Shown piece by piece: positions 1 to 9,290 of a stretch of DNA of 64,000 nucleotides. Under the pieces are notes generated by a model. That model was not told the DNA's origin, searched no databases, and saw only the letters and a list, made by a program, of their open reading frames with translations. Within the stretch, counting starts at the first letter, position 1. Each line of letters opens with the position of its first letter. The DNA comes from an uncultured Alphaproteobacteria bacterium (GTDB lineage Bacteria > Pseudomonadota > Alphaproteobacteria > UBA8366 > JADFVY01): positions 2,130 to 66,129 of the forward strand of contig CAMYNJ010000104.1 in assembly GCA_947259795.1 (NCBI GenBank). Reading direction: 5' to 3'. The position numbers were made by a program, and so were the translations under genes.

Positions 1-88
1 CGGCCAGCGCCCCGATCAACAGGATCGCCAGCGCGGCCAGCACGCTGCGAAACGGCCGCCGCCGAATGGCGCTAAAAAGCCTGGCCAA
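1..88 (-). CDS. Possible 5' end of a TamB-like translocation/assembly protein (partial, runs off the window)
   Basis: The minus-strand frame from TTG at 88 reads (M)ARLFSAIRRRPFRSVLAALAILLIGALA, a basic stretch followed by a hydrophobic anchor. It overlaps the tamA-like stop and only ~29 codons are visible. tamA-tamB adjacency is the usual arrangement. Confidence 0.3.
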   Translation of the reverse strand, partial: MARLFSAIRRRPFRSVLAALAILLIGALA

Positions 89-1892
89 GGCTGACATAGA
101 TCTGGAACTCGTCATCGATTCCTTCGCGCCGGTTCAGGGGGAAGGCGACATCGAACCGGATCGGACCGGCGACGGTGAAATAGCGGAACCCCAGTCCCGC
201 CGCCCAGAACAGATCCTCTCCGAAATCGGGCGTCAGCTCATCATACACGTTTCCACCCTCCGCGAAGGGGACGATGCCGATTTTGTCGGTGACGCGCCAG
301 CGCAGCTCGAACCCGGTTTCCAGCAAGGAACGCCCGCCGACCGGATCGCCCTCGGCATCCAGCGGGCCCGCCTTTTGATACTCGTAGCCGCGAACCGATC
401 CGCCGCCACCGGCGAAGAAGCGCTTGGTGATCGGGATGTCCAACGTGTCCGCGCCGACTATCGACCCCGTCCGAACCCTGAAGGCGGGCACAACCCGGCG
501 CTCCTTGCCCAACCCAAGATAGGCCGATGCCTCCGCTTCGAAAACGGTGAAGTTGATATCCCGCTCGATCGTGGCGAAATAGGGCGTTGCCGACAATTTT
601 ACCCGCGTGCCTTCGGTCGGATCCAGCAAATCGTCGGTGCCGTCGCGCCCGCCGTGGATGGGGATGCCGACGATGGCGTAGGTGGATTCGACGCCATCGT
701 CGTCGATCAACGAATATTCGCCGGACACGCCGGCGCCAAGCGTCCAGACTTCCGCAAGCCGTTTTTCCAGGCCGGTGAAGCCGGCTGCCGTCCGCTCGTC
801 ATAGGCGTCCGTTTCCTGGGCACGTGCCGTGACATTCGCCAGGAACGTCAGGTCGCGCGACAGAAAATGCGGCTTGCGGAAGTCGGCGGTTGCCTGTTGG
901 CGAATTCCCGAACCTTCGATCGACAACCGTAGCCGTTCCTGGCGGCCGAACAAATTGCGGTGCTCCCATGACAGTTCGCCGCCGAACTGTTCATCGGTGG
1001 AGTAATTGATGCCCGCGGCCAGCGTTCGATGCTTCGATTCCTCGACGGCCGCCGTCACCGGCAGCCGGCCCTGCCCGTCGACCGCGTCGGCCGGCTTCAC
1101 GTAGATGGTTCGGAACAAGTTGGTATTGGCGAGCCTGCGGCGCACCCTGTCGAGTTCCCGCTCGTCCCACTGTTTACCTTCGGGCCACTGCAGGACGTAC
1201 CTGACATATTCTTCCTCGACCTTCTTCAAGCCATCCAGCGCGAGCGGGCCGAACACCGCTTGCGGCCCCGGATCGATCTGCACAGTCACGGTCATCGCGG
1301 CCGCATCGTGGTTGACGACGGCCTTGCGGTCCGCGACGACGGCCTTGGGTCGTCCGTTCCGGCGGAAATGACCCAGCAGTGCCTGTTCGATCGCAACGAT
1401 ATCCTCGCCACGCGCCGGCATGGCCTCGACATAGCCCAAACCGCGCCCTTCGGGCAGTTGCGGATCAACGCCGGCATGGTCGCCCACGATAACGATATCG
1501 TATTTCGTTATTCCGTAGCGGGCGCCCGGCGCTATCTTCAAGACGATCCTGATCGGATCGGACTCCGTATCGGTTTCGGGCACAATGCGCCCGCCGTAAT
1601 AGCCTTCCGCGCGCAGCACGGACCCCAGGCTTTCGACATCGCCCGCCACCCGCCGGCGCAGGGCGGCACGGCTGGCCGGCGCCTGCTTGCTCAGCGCCAT
1701 CAATTGCGAGGCCACCTCCAGCTTGTCGCGCAGATCGGGCTCGATTTCGCCCTCGATCGAAAAATCGTAGGCGACGTCATCGCCACCGAAGCCGGGCAAG
1801 GGCAACAGCGGGCCCTCGCCGTTCTTGCCGCCGCATCCGGCAAGCAACGATACGGTCGCCACAAAAAGGAGAGATACGATAAGGCTACGCAT
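72..1892 (-). CDS. tamA: BamA/TamA-family outer-membrane protein (surface antigen D15 type, POTRA repeats plus C-terminal beta-barrel)
   Basis: The 619-aa ORF ends in ...GLGFRYFTVAGPIRFDVAFPLNRREGIDDEFQIYVSLGQAF, a typical Omp85 barrel terminus with terminal F. The likely start is M14 (1892), giving the signal MRSLIVSLLFVATVSLLAGC with a lipobox-like LLAGC. ATG at 1931 is an alternative. Confidence 0.85.
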   Translation of the reverse strand: MRSLIVSLLFVATVSLLAGCGGKNGEGPLLPLPGFGGDDVAYDFSIEGEIEPDLRDKLEVASQLMALSKQAPASRAALRRRVAGDVESLGSVLRAEGYYGGRIVPETDTESDPIRIVLKIAPGARYGITKYDIVIVGDHAGVDPQLPEGRGLGYVEAMPARGEDIVAIEQALLGHFRRNGRPKAVVADRKAVVNHDAAAMTVTVQIDPGPQAVFGPLALDGLKKVEEEYVRYVLQWPEGKQWDERELDRVRRRLANTNLFRTIYVKPADAVDGQGRLPVTAAVEESKHRTLAAGINYSTDEQFGGELSWEHRNLFGRQERLRLSIEGSGIRQQATADFRKPHFLSRDLTFLANVTARAQETDAYDERTAAGFTGLEKRLAEVWTLGAGVSGEYSLIDDDGVESTYAIVGIPIHGGRDGTDDLLDPTEGTRVKLSATPYFATIERDINFTVFEAEASAYLGLGKERRVVPAFRVRTGSIVGADTLDIPITKRFFAGGGGSVRGYEYQKAGPLDAEGDPVGGRSLLETGFELRWRVTDKIGIVPFAEGGNVYDELTPDFGEDLFWAAGLGFRYFTVAGPIRFDVAFPLNRREGIDDEFQIYVSLGQAF

Positions 1893-1996
1893 AATGATAC
1901 GGCATCTTGGCGCAATAGTGCGGCGATACAAGGGCTGATTCGCGGTGCGGCCGCGACTTGCAGATTAACGACCTCGACGTCGATTGCGCGGCCGGG

Positions 1997-2674
1997 TTAC
2001 GGATAGGGCTGAACGCCGATGATCCAATCATGGGCCAGCAACCCGGACGCATATAGCGCCAGCCCCAGCAGCACCGGTTTCCAGCCGATGCCCTTCCAGT
2101 CGATCGGCCCCGGTCCGGCAAAGGGCAAGTTCGGGCTGGCCGCCGCGAAGCGCTTCCATGCGTCGTCGCCGCAAAGCCGCCGCCGGCGCATGTCGACGAG
2201 AGGGACCCCCAGTGCGCCGAACACCAGGAAAATCCCGAAGAGCAACACTCCCGCGAGATCGCCGTTGGCGATGACATGCGCGGCGCCCCACAGGACAAGC
2301 GCCCAGGGAGCGGGGTGGCGCGTGACACTGAGAATCGCCGGCGCCGGGTTGTCGCCCTCGGGCAGGCAGTCGCCGCCGAGCCCGGCGCAGGGGGTGGTGA
2401 CGCTGGCCACCGCCAGGATACAAGCCAGCGGCATGATCAGCGCCGGGATCGCCCGGAACGCCGTCAGGGGCGGCCACAGCTCCAGGTAAGGCGCCGTATA
2501 ATAGGCCCAGAACACGGCTGCCATTCCGACCACCGAGACGATGCCGTGGAAGGCCCCGTACCAGCGCCGCCCCAGCCACGCGACAAGAGGGTCGCGGATG
2601 CGGGGCCGGGAGATCGCCGTATGCACAGCCACGAAGGCAGCCAGCAGAACGATCAGCGGCAGGAACGCCTTCAT
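1997..2674 (-). CDS. NnrU family membrane protein (paralog 2)
   Basis: An internal start MKAFLPLIVLLAAFVAVHTAISR lies within the 502-aa ORF. The protein is polytopic and hydrophobic and is similar to the upstream NnrU copy (RHPAPWALVLWGAAHVIANGDLAGVLLFG versus RHPFLWAVTLWSGGHIATNGDLASVVFFG). Its ATG overlaps the upstream stop as ATGA at 2671-2674. Confidence 0.8.
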   Translation of the reverse strand: MKAFLPLIVLLAAFVAVHTAISRPRIRDPLVAWLGRRWYGAFHGIVSVVGMAAVFWAYYTAPYLELWPPLTAFRAIPALIMPLACILAVASVTTPCAGLGGDCLPEGDNPAPAILSVTRHPAPWALVLWGAAHVIANGDLAGVLLFGIFLVFGALGVPLVDMRRRRLCGDDAWKRFAAASPNLPFAGPGPIDWKGIGWKPVLLGLALYASGLLAHDWIIGVQPYP

Positions 2675-3387
2675 CGGATCATGGTCAGCAGAAAATCGGG
2701 AATGATCGATATGCCGGCGATCCAGGGATGGGCGACCGGCAGAGCGAGGTACAACGCGACACCGCCTGCGAACCGGACCCAGCCGATCCCGCGCCAGTCG
2801 ATGGAACGCCGCCCCTGGATGGCGGCAAGGAACGGGATCACCGAAGTCGTCATGGCGATCGGCCCCCAATCGGCGCCCATCGCATTCTTGCGCCGGTGGT
2901 CGATATGCGCCATGCCGCCCAGCGCCAGCAGTCCGAAACCACCGAAGAAGACAACACTGGCCAGATCGCCATTGGTCGCGATATGGCCCCCCGACCACAA
3001 GGTTACCGCCCACAGGAAGGGATGGCGCGTGATCGTCACGATGCCACTGACGGCATGAGGTTCGCCGGCCATGCTTTCGCCGCCGACCATCGTCACATTG
3101 CGCGTCGTCATGCCCGCTACCGCCAGCATGCAGGCAAAGACCATCAATATGACCGGTATCTGGATCAAACCGATGCCTGCGGTCCATAACGGATTTTCCG
3201 GGGCCGCCCGGTAGGCCATGATCGCCCAGATCAGTGTGCCGAGAGCCGCCATGGAGTAAATCGCCCGAAACGGCCCTTCGCCCAGTGCGCGGATCAAAGG
3301 GCGCCGCACCCGCAGGCTGGACAGCACGAAGTGGCCGCCCACGAAGCAGGCGACCGCGAATGACAGGCCTTCGATGGTTCCCAGCAT
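2671..3387 (-). CDS. NnrU family membrane protein (paralog 1)
   Basis: 238-aa polytopic membrane protein with the RHP..W......H...NGD motif typical of NnrU-like proteins. Confidence 0.8.
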   Translation of the reverse strand: MLGTIEGLSFAVACFVGGHFVLSSLRVRRPLIRALGEGPFRAIYSMAALGTLIWAIMAYRAAPENPLWTAGIGLIQIPVILMVFACMLAVAGMTTRNVTMVGGESMAGEPHAVSGIVTITRHPFLWAVTLWSGGHIATNGDLASVVFFGGFGLLALGGMAHIDHRRKNAMGADWGPIAMTTSVIPFLAAIQGRRSIDWRGIGWVRFAGGVALYLALPVAHPWIAGISIIPDFLLTMIR

Positions 3388-3440
3388 GGGCGCGATTATC
3401 GCGCCGGCGATGCGGCGCGTCCAGCCCTTCCGCCCGGCCG

Positions 3441-3665
3441 TTACTCGGTCGCGTCTTTTTCCCGGTGCACCATCCGAATCCGGGGCCGGGGCTCCCGCTC
3501 GGCAAGGCTCTCGAGCTCGACGATGGCGGCGCCGATCAGATGCATGGCGATTTCCAGATTGCCGCGATCGGCATTGATATAGCCAGCAGCGATGTACAGC
3601 CGCTCGAGTTCTTCCTTGATGCTTTCTTCCGTGTAATCGTTTTCGCTTACAATAAACATTTTCAT
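3441..3665 (-). CDS. Small acidic hypothetical protein
   Basis: The ORF translation from MKMFIVSENDYTEESIKEELERLYIAAGYINADRGNLEIAMHLIGAAIVELESLA has coding-like composition. No family was recognised, and the longer start at 3779 is less likely. Confidence 0.4.
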   Translation of the reverse strand: MKMFIVSENDYTEESIKEELERLYIAAGYINADRGNLEIAMHLIGAAIVELESLAEREPRPRIRMVHREKDATE

Positions 3666-3941
3666 ATCCGCCCGCTTCCCGAACGCACCGTCATGTTCGG
3701 CTTCCTCCGGGTTTGGCGGTCCAATCAGTTCCAACCAATTCAGGAAATGATACAATACATGAGAAGGCGATGCACCCATTTTCTACTCAATTATGGGTGG
3801 TTGGTCCGGAACGGGCCTGCGAATGCATCGGAGTTCAGGCACCGGCTGAACGCAAACGCGTCCCCCATGCAGTCCGGCGCTGGCGGGGCAGTCAACGTCG
3901 GAATTCAGACCGCGCGCCGACTGCCCTGGATCACCCTAAAT

Positions 3942-4124
3942 TCACTGGGGACTCTCATCACCCCTGCCTGGCCGGTCCCTGCCCGGCGGCGAGTTTCTTT
4001 CATTGTCGCTATCGGCGCCGGCATTGCCGCTATCATGGGCGAACTGGTCGTCGATAACCGGCACGCCGAGCGTGCAACCCGCCGTGAACAGTGACACCAG
4101 TAAAATCGCGATAATTTGTTTCAT
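3942..4124 (-). CDS. Small lipoprotein (copy 1 of a tandem pair)
   Basis: MKQIIAILLVSLFTAGCTLGVPVIDDQFAHDSGNAGADSDNERNSPP carries a signal peptide plus the lipobox LFTAGC. It is a paralog of the 4496-4723 gene. Confidence 0.6.
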   Translation of the reverse strand: MKQIIAILLVSLFTAGCTLGVPVIDDQFAHDSGNAGADSDNERNSPPGRDRPGRGDESPQ

Positions 4125-4174
4125 AATTCGACTTCCCCATATTTCAGTGACGGTCGGCTGACCGACTGTCTGGG

Positions 4175-4180
4175 ATTATA
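4175..4180 (-). promoter_or_regulatory. Candidate -10 box (TATAAT) of lipoprotein copy 1
   Basis: The minus strand reads ...GAATTTTATGCAATTTAGCGTATAATCCC about 50 nt upstream of ATG 4124. The block is conserved in the second repeat copy. No good -35 element was seen. Confidence 0.35.
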
Positions 4181-4264
4181 CGCTAAATTGCATAAAATTC
4201 GCTGTGTATTTTCGCACATGTGCATGGATTTTTTCCGCCCCGTGACTTGAACGGATCGGGAGCG

Positions 4265-4372
4265 TCAGAGAGCGGGCTCCGCGACGCCGGCTTGCCGGCA
4301 AGCGGCGACTACGGTATTGCGCAACAATACGGCTATGGTCATCGGGCCGACGCCGTCGCGCACCGGCGGCCG
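4265..4372 (-). pseudogene. Displaced 3' fragment of folD (last ~35 codons, no 5' part)
   Basis: The minus-strand translation ...[34 protein letters not shown] aligns with the C-terminus of the intact FolD (..[33 protein letters not shown]), which lies 598 bp away. Confidence 0.75.
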
Positions 4373-4495
4373 TGTTTTTTCTGGCGCCGGCCGGACGTAA
4401 AAGCAGCCGCGGCGCAGTCGGGCGCCGCGGCTGCCGGAAGAGCTTGCGGCGCGCGGTTCAGACCGCTGCGCCGACTTCCCTGGACCGCTGTAAAA

Positions 4496-4723
4496 TCATT
4501 GAGCGACAGTTTCCCGCCCAAATCCCCCAGTGTCGCCTTCGCCTTCCTCCTGCTGCGGGCTCCTTTCTGGCCGCTCCCTTTCCGGCGGCGAGTTTCTGTC
4601 ATTGTCGCTATCGGCGCCGGCATTGCCGTTGTCTTGGGCGAACTGGTCGTCGATGATCGGCACGCCGAGCGTGCAACCCGCCACGAAAAATGACATCAAT
4701 AGAATCGCGATAACATGTTTCAT
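4496..4723 (-). CDS. Small lipoprotein (copy 2 of a tandem pair)
   Basis: MKHVIAILLMSFFVAGCTLGVPIIDDQFAQDNGNAGADSDNDRNSPP has a lipobox FVAGC and a longer acidic tail than copy 1. Confidence 0.6.
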   Translation of the reverse strand: MKHVIAILLMSFFVAGCTLGVPIIDDQFAQDNGNAGADSDNDRNSPPERERPERSPQQEEGEGDTGGFGRETVAQ

Positions 4724-4773
4724 AATTCAACTTCCCCGTAATTCAGTGACAGCCGTTTGTCCGGCTGCCCGGA

Positions 4774-4779
4774 ATTATA
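4774..4779 (-). promoter_or_regulatory. Candidate -10 box (TATAAT) of lipoprotein copy 2
   Basis: The minus strand reads GAATTTTATGCAATTTCGTGTATAATTCC, the conserved counterpart of the 4175-4180 element. Confidence 0.35.
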
Positions 4780-4862
4780 CACGAAATTGCATAAAATTCG
4801 TTGTGTATTTTCCCACATTTGCATGGATTTTCCCGCTCCGTGATCCCGACGGCGCGGCATCG

Positions 4863-5762
4863 TCAGAGATCGGGCTCCGCGATCCCCGCCTGGCGGCATG
4901 CGGCGACGACGGTGTTGCGCAGCAGCACCGCGATGGTCATCGGGCCGACGCCGCCGGGCACCGGCGTGATGGCGGCCGCGTTTTCGTGCGCGCCGGCGAA
5001 ATCCACGTCGCCCACCAGCTTCGGCTTGTCGCCGCCGGCGTCGATGCGGTTGATGCCGACGTCGATGACCGCGGCACCCGGTTTCACCCAGTCGCCCTTG
5101 ATCATTTCCGGGCGGCCGACGGCGGCGACCAGGATGTCGGCGCGGCGGCAGACATCGGCCAGGTCGCGGGTGCGCGAATGGGCGATCGTCACCGTGCAGT
5201 TGGCGCCCAGCAGAAGCTGCGCCATCGGCTTGCCGACGATGTTTGAGCGCCCCACGATCACCGCCGCCATGCCGGAAAGGTCGCCGAGCCGGTCCTGCAG
5301 CAGCATCAGGCAGCCCAGCGGCGTGCAGGGCACCATGGCCGCGCCGCCGGTGGCCAGCCGGCCCGCATTGATGACGTGGAAGCCGTCGACATCCTTGGCC
5401 GGGTCGATGGCGTCGATCACCGACTGTTCGTCGATCTGCTTCGGTAGGGGCAGCTGCACCAGGATGCCGTGGACCGCCGGGTCGTTGTTGAGCTTGTCGA
5501 TCAGGGCCAGGAGGTCGGCCTGCGCGGTTTCGGCCGGCAGCTTGTGCTCGAAGCTGTTCATGCCGGTCTCTTGTGTCTGCTTACCCTTGGAGCGCACATA
5601 GACCTGGCTGGCGGGATCCTCGCCGACCAGCACCACCGCCAGCCCCGGCGTCAGATCATGTTGCTGTTTCAGCCCGGCGACGATCTCGGCGATGCGGGCC
5701 CGCAAACCCGCCGCGAAGGCCTTGCCGTCAATGATTTTCGGATCGTTCGCCGTCCCGTTCAT
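4863..5762 (-). CDS. folD: Bifunctional methylenetetrahydrofolate dehydrogenase / methenyltetrahydrofolate cyclohydrolase
   Basis: The full-length FolD-like translation includes [55 protein letters not shown] and [11 protein letters not shown]. The start chosen is MNGTAND at 5762, which overlaps the DUF167 stop as ATGA. ATG at 5780 is an alternative. Confidence 0.95.
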   Translation of the reverse strand: MNGTANDPKIIDGKAFAAGLRARIAEIVAGLKQQHDLTPGLAVVLVGEDPASQVYVRSKGKQTQETGMNSFEHKLPAETAQADLLALIDKLNNDPAVHGILVQLPLPKQIDEQSVIDAIDPAKDVDGFHVINAGRLATGGAAMVPCTPLGCLMLLQDRLGDLSGMAAVIVGRSNIVGKPMAQLLLGANCTVTIAHSRTRDLADVCRRADILVAAVGRPEMIKGDWVKPGAAVIDVGINRIDAGGDKPKLVGDVDFAGAHENAAAITPVPGGVGPMTIAVLLRNTVVAACRQAGIAEPDL

Positions 5763-6082
5763 TCGAAGCTCCTTCCCCATTCCTTCAGCATCCCGTGCAG
5801 CGCCGCGGGGTCGCCCGCGACATGCACGACCTTACGGCGCGACGTGGCGCCGGAGGCAACCGTAAGCGACGTTTTCGGCAGTTTCCACGTCTTCGCCAGC
5901 AGCTTCAGCAAGGCCGCGTTCGCCTTGCCGCCTTCCGGCGCGGCCGTCACGACCGCCTTGAGATGGACAGCCCCGCCGGCATCCCGCGAGGCGCCGCGAA
6001 TCGCGTTGGCCGATGATTTGGGCGTCAGGCGTACCGCCACCACCACGCCATCGGCGGTTTCGCTGAAGGGGGTCCCCGCCAT
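5759..6082 (-). CDS. DUF167 (YggU-like) family protein
   Basis: 107-aa protein with [10 protein letters not shown]....I.......[46 protein letters not shown], the typical DUF167 pattern. It sits downstream of yggT as in many genomes. Confidence 0.85.
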   Translation of the reverse strand: MAGTPFSETADGVVVAVRLTPKSSANAIRGASRDAGGAVHLKAVVTAAPEGGKANAALLKLLAKTWKLPKTSLTVASGATSRRKVVHVAGDPAALHGMLKEWGRSFE

Positions 6083-6092
6083 CGGGCCGGAT

Positions 6093-6386
6093 TTACGCGG
6101 CGAGCCTGACGTAAACCCAGATCACGGAATAACGGACGAAATAGAGCCCCACGATCAGAATGATCGGCGAAAAATCGATCTGCATTCTGGGCATGAACCG
6201 CCGAATGGGCTTGAGCGCGGGCTCGGTGATGCGGAACAGCACGTCATAGACCATATAGACGAACCGATTACGCAGGTTGATGACATCGAAGGTTACCAGC
6301 CAACTGAGGATTACCCCGGCGATGACGAACCAGACATAGATGTCGATGACCGTTATGATCAGCCAGATAATCGGATTTACGCCCAT
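6093..6386 (-). CDS. yggT: YggT family membrane protein
   Basis: 97 aa with two hydrophobic segments and FRITEPALKPIRRFMP, the conserved YggT core. Confidence 0.85.
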   Translation of the reverse strand: MGVNPIIWLIITVIDIYVWFVIAGVILSWLVTFDVINLRNRFVYMVYDVLFRITEPALKPIRRFMPRMQIDFSPIILIVGLYFVRYSVIWVYVRLAA

Positions 6387-6569
6387 GACGTTCCCTTGCC
6401 CCTTGCTGCAACCGGCGATGCGCCCGCGACAGTACAGTTATGGACCCATGGCGGCAAGTGCAAGGAAGCGGGAAAAATACCGGCCCGGGGCGCAGCCAGA
6501 GCTTGACAGAGGGCGCCGCCCAACACATATTCCGCCTCGTTCGGCACAGCCCGGACAGAATGCTTTTGT

Positions 6570-6645
<76 letters not shown>

Positions 6646-6646
6646 T

Positions 6647-6656
6647 CCCCCCCCCC
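6647..6656 (+). repeat. Homopolymeric C10 tract immediately 3' of the tRNA (a second C7 tract lies at 6673-6679)
   Basis: Read directly as CCA-T-CCCCCCCCCC-GACG. It lies in the non-coding region between the tRNA and the monooxygenase gene. Confidence 0.9.
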
Positions 6657-6805
6657 GACGAAACGACATCCACCCCCCCGCCGCTGCGCCTGCGTCTTTT
6701 CGTCGATATCGCCGCCCATTCTCCGTCCTCGCGAAATACCCCCGCGTTTATTTCCGAAAGCTCCCAGCGAGAGAAGCTGGCGGGTTGACAAGGGACGATC
6801 ATGGT

Positions 6806-8509
6806 TTGATTCTCAACGACTTGGAGGAGACGCTGGATAACGGCGCAGAAATTTCGCGGGAGGGAGAACTGGATAGCCAGGTCCTTGTGGTCGGCGCGGG
6901 GCCGGTCGGGCTGACGCTGGCCAACGATCTCGGGCGGCGCGGTGTGCGCTGCACCATCGTCGAGCAAAAGGAAGCGCCGCAGTTCCTTCCCAAGATGGAG
7001 CGCTGCAACGCCCGTTCGATGGAGATTTTCCGCCGAATGGGCCTGGCGGACAGGATCCGTGCTGCCGGCCTGCGCGCCGAGGTTCCCATGGACGTCTTCG
7101 TCATCCTGGCCATGGACCGGCCGCCGCTTTTGCATCTGCCCTACCCGTCGGTGGAACAGGCCCGGGCGGAAATCCGCGCCTGCGAGGACGGCTCCATGCC
7201 GCTGGAGCCCTACCAGCTGATTTCGCAATACACGCTGGAGCCCTTGCTGAAGGCGGCGGCGGAAAAGCTGCCAAGCGTCTCCGTGCGCTATGGCTGCGAG
7301 TTCGTCTCCTTCGACGAGGACGAGGGCGGCGTGACCGCGACCGTCCGCAACCTCGACGGCGAAACGGAAAACATCCGCGCCGCCTATATGGTCGGCTGCG
7401 ACGGCGGCGCCAGCCCGGTGCGCAAGCAGCTTGGCATAAAGCTGCGCGGCGAGGGCAACCTGATGCACCTGCAACAGGCCCTGTTCCGCTGCGACGATCT
7501 GTTCGACCGTATCCCGATCGGCGCGGGGCCGGGCAAGGGGCGCCATTATCATGTGGCGGACGATCACGCGACCTTCCTGATCATGCAGGACAGCACGAAA
7601 CATTTTACCCTGCATTCGGTGGTCGACAGCGACGAGGAGATGAAGCGCCAGTTCGAGAAGACCGTCGCGGTCCCGCTGGACTACGCGATGTTGTCCTGCG
7701 CCGAATGGCGGCAAAACCTGCTGCTGGCCGACAACTACCGGCGCGGCCGGGTATTCCTGGCCGGCGACGCGGTGCATCTGGTGATCCCGACCGGGGGGCT
7801 GGGCATGAATACCGGCGTCGGCGATGCGGTCGATCTGTCCTGGAAACTGGCGGCGGTGCTGCAGGGCTGGGGCGGGCCGCATCTGCTGGACTCATACGAG
7901 GTGGAGCGCCGCCAGATCGGCGACCGCAATGTCGGGGCCTCGCGCTACGCCTCGGCCGGGCGGCGCAAATGGCGCTCGCAATACCGCCCGGAAATCGCCA
8001 AAGAGTCGTCCGCGGGCGAGGCGGCGCGCGCGAACCTCGCAACGGTCGCCGATGTCGAACAGCGCAAGACCAACGAGATGATCGGGGCGGAGCTGGGCTA
8101 CCGCTATGTCGGCTCGCCGGTGATCTGGGAGGAAACGGGCGGGCCGGAGCATCTGTTCCGGATTTATGAGCCGACCACATGGTCCGGCGCCCGGCTGCCC
8201 CATGTCTGGCTGGAGGACGGCCGCGCCGTGCAGGATATCCTGCCGGACGGCTACACGCTGCTCAGGCTTGGCGGATGCTTGGCCGATGCAGGGCCGCTGG
8301 CTGACGGCTTCGCACGGTTGGGCGCGCCCTTCACGGTGCTGGACATCCCCGGCGAGCGCGCGCGCGACGTCTATGGCCGCAACCTTCTGCTGCTGCGCCC
8401 GGACATGCATGTGGTCTGGCGCGGCATGGAAATGCACGAAAACCCGGCGCATCTGGCCGCGCTCGCCGCCGGCCATCGCCTGATAACCGAACGAGGGAAT
8501 AAGACATGA
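6806..8509 (+). CDS. FAD-dependent aromatic-ring monooxygenase (PheA/TfdB/MhpA-like, with a C-terminal thioredoxin-like domain)
   Basis: It has a Rossmann motif VLVVGAGPVGLTLANDLGRRG, the flavoprotein hydroxylase signature GRVFLAGDAVHLVIPTGGLGMNTGVGDAVDLSWKL, and about 560 aa. The ORF-track start at 6440 overlaps the tRNA and is rejected. TTG at 6806 is a guess, so the start is uncertain. Confidence 0.85.
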   Translation: MILNDLEETLDNGAEISREGELDSQVLVVGAGPVGLTLANDLGRRGVRCTIVEQKEAPQFLPKMERCNARSMEIFRRMGLADRIRAAGLRAEVPMDVFVILAMDRPPLLHLPYPSVEQARAEIRACEDGSMPLEPYQLISQYTLEPLLKAAAEKLPSVSVRYGCEFVSFDEDEGGVTATVRNLDGETENIRAAYMVGCDGGASPVRKQLGIKLRGEGNLMHLQQALFRCDDLFDRIPIGAGPGKGRHYHVADDHATFLIMQDSTKHFTLHSVVDSDEEMKRQFEKTVAVPLDYAMLSCAEWRQNLLLADNYRRGRVFLAGDAVHLVIPTGGLGMNTGVGDAVDLSWKLAAVLQGWGGPHLLDSYEVERRQIGDRNVGASRYASAGRRKWRSQYRPEIAKESSAGEAARANLATVADVEQRKTNEMIGAELGYRYVGSPVIWEETGGPEHLFRIYEPTTWSGARLPHVWLEDGRAVQDILPDGYTLLRLGGCLADAGPLADGFARLGAPFTVLDIPGERARDVYGRNLLLLRPDMHVVWRGMEMHENPAHLAALAAGHRLITERGNKT

Positions 8510-9267
8510 CCGATATCGCCAGCGTCAGGGAAGAGCTTGTCACCGCCAACCGCATCCTCGCCAACGAGAATGTGCTGGATTCCTTCGGCCATGTCAGCAT
8601 GCGCCACCCCCACGATCCCGGCCATTTCCTGCTGTCGCGCGCCCGCGCGCCGGAAGTGATCGAGCTTGGCGACATCATGGAATTCGAACTGACGGGCGAT
8701 ATCGTCGGGGCCGAGCCCGGCAAGCCCTATTCCGAGCGCTTCATCCACGGCGCGATCTACGAGGCGCGGCCGGAGGTCATGTCGGTGGTCCACAACCACA
8801 GCCCCAGCGTCATCCCCTTCTCCGTCACGGGACGGCAAATGCGTCCGCTGATGCATATGTGCGCACCGATCGGCGGCGACATCCCGAACTGGGACATCCG
8901 CACCAAATTCGGCGACTGCACAAACCTTCTGGTGACCAATATGGCGATGGGCCGCGACCTGGCGGCGCATCTGGGCGGGCGCAATGTCTCCTTGATGCGC
9001 GGCCATGGCAGCGTGGTGGTCGGCCGCTCGCTACGCGAGGCCGTGTTCACGTCGGTCTATATGGAACTCAACGCCGACATGCAGATCAAGGCGCAGACCA
9101 TGGGCAAGATCAACTTCCTGTCGGATGGCGAGATCGAGGCGATCACCGCCGGCCGCAAGGGCTTCACCTTCGAACGCGGCTGGGAAAACTGGTGCAACCG
9201 CGTCGGCCGACCTTACCTGCCGGGCGAATGGGACATCGGCGAGGGGTACTCACAAACCGATCGCTGA
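8506..9267 (+). CDS. Class II aldolase/adducin-domain protein (decarboxylase/aldolase type)
   Basis: ILANENVLDSFGHVSMRHP, ERFIHGAIYEARPEVMSVVHNHSP and LMRGHGSVVVG give the metal-binding His pattern of the Aldolase_II fold. There is an ATGA overlap with the monooxygenase stop. Confidence 0.85.
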   Translation: MTDIASVREELVTANRILANENVLDSFGHVSMRHPHDPGHFLLSRARAPEVIELGDIMEFELTGDIVGAEPGKPYSERFIHGAIYEARPEVMSVVHNHSPSVIPFSVTGRQMRPLMHMCAPIGGDIPNWDIRTKFGDCTNLLVTNMAMGRDLAAHLGGRNVSLMRGHGSVVVGRSLREAVFTSVYMELNADMQIKAQTMGKINFLSDGEIEAITAGRKGFTFERGWENWCNRVGRPYLPGEWDIGEGYSQTDR

Positions 9268-9290
9268 ACGCTTCCGGGTCCTTCAGGTCT

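Larger units (their letters stand above)
3975..5000. repeat. Diverged tandem direct duplication (unit ~598-599 bp)
   Basis: Segments ~3975-4400 and ~4575-5000 align by eye at roughly 80-85% identity. Each contains a lipoprotein gene, its AT-rich promoter region and a folD 3' end. The offsets are 599 bp between the lipoprotein ATGs and 598 bp between the folD stops. Confidence 0.8.

Noticed and set aside
1997-3505. 502-aa minus-strand ORF spanning both NnrU genes
   Set aside because: Only the last 225 codons look like a membrane protein. The upstream 277 codons overlap the real NnrU gene in another frame and are Arg/Gly/His-rich. The internal ATG at 2674 forms an ATGA junction with the upstream gene.
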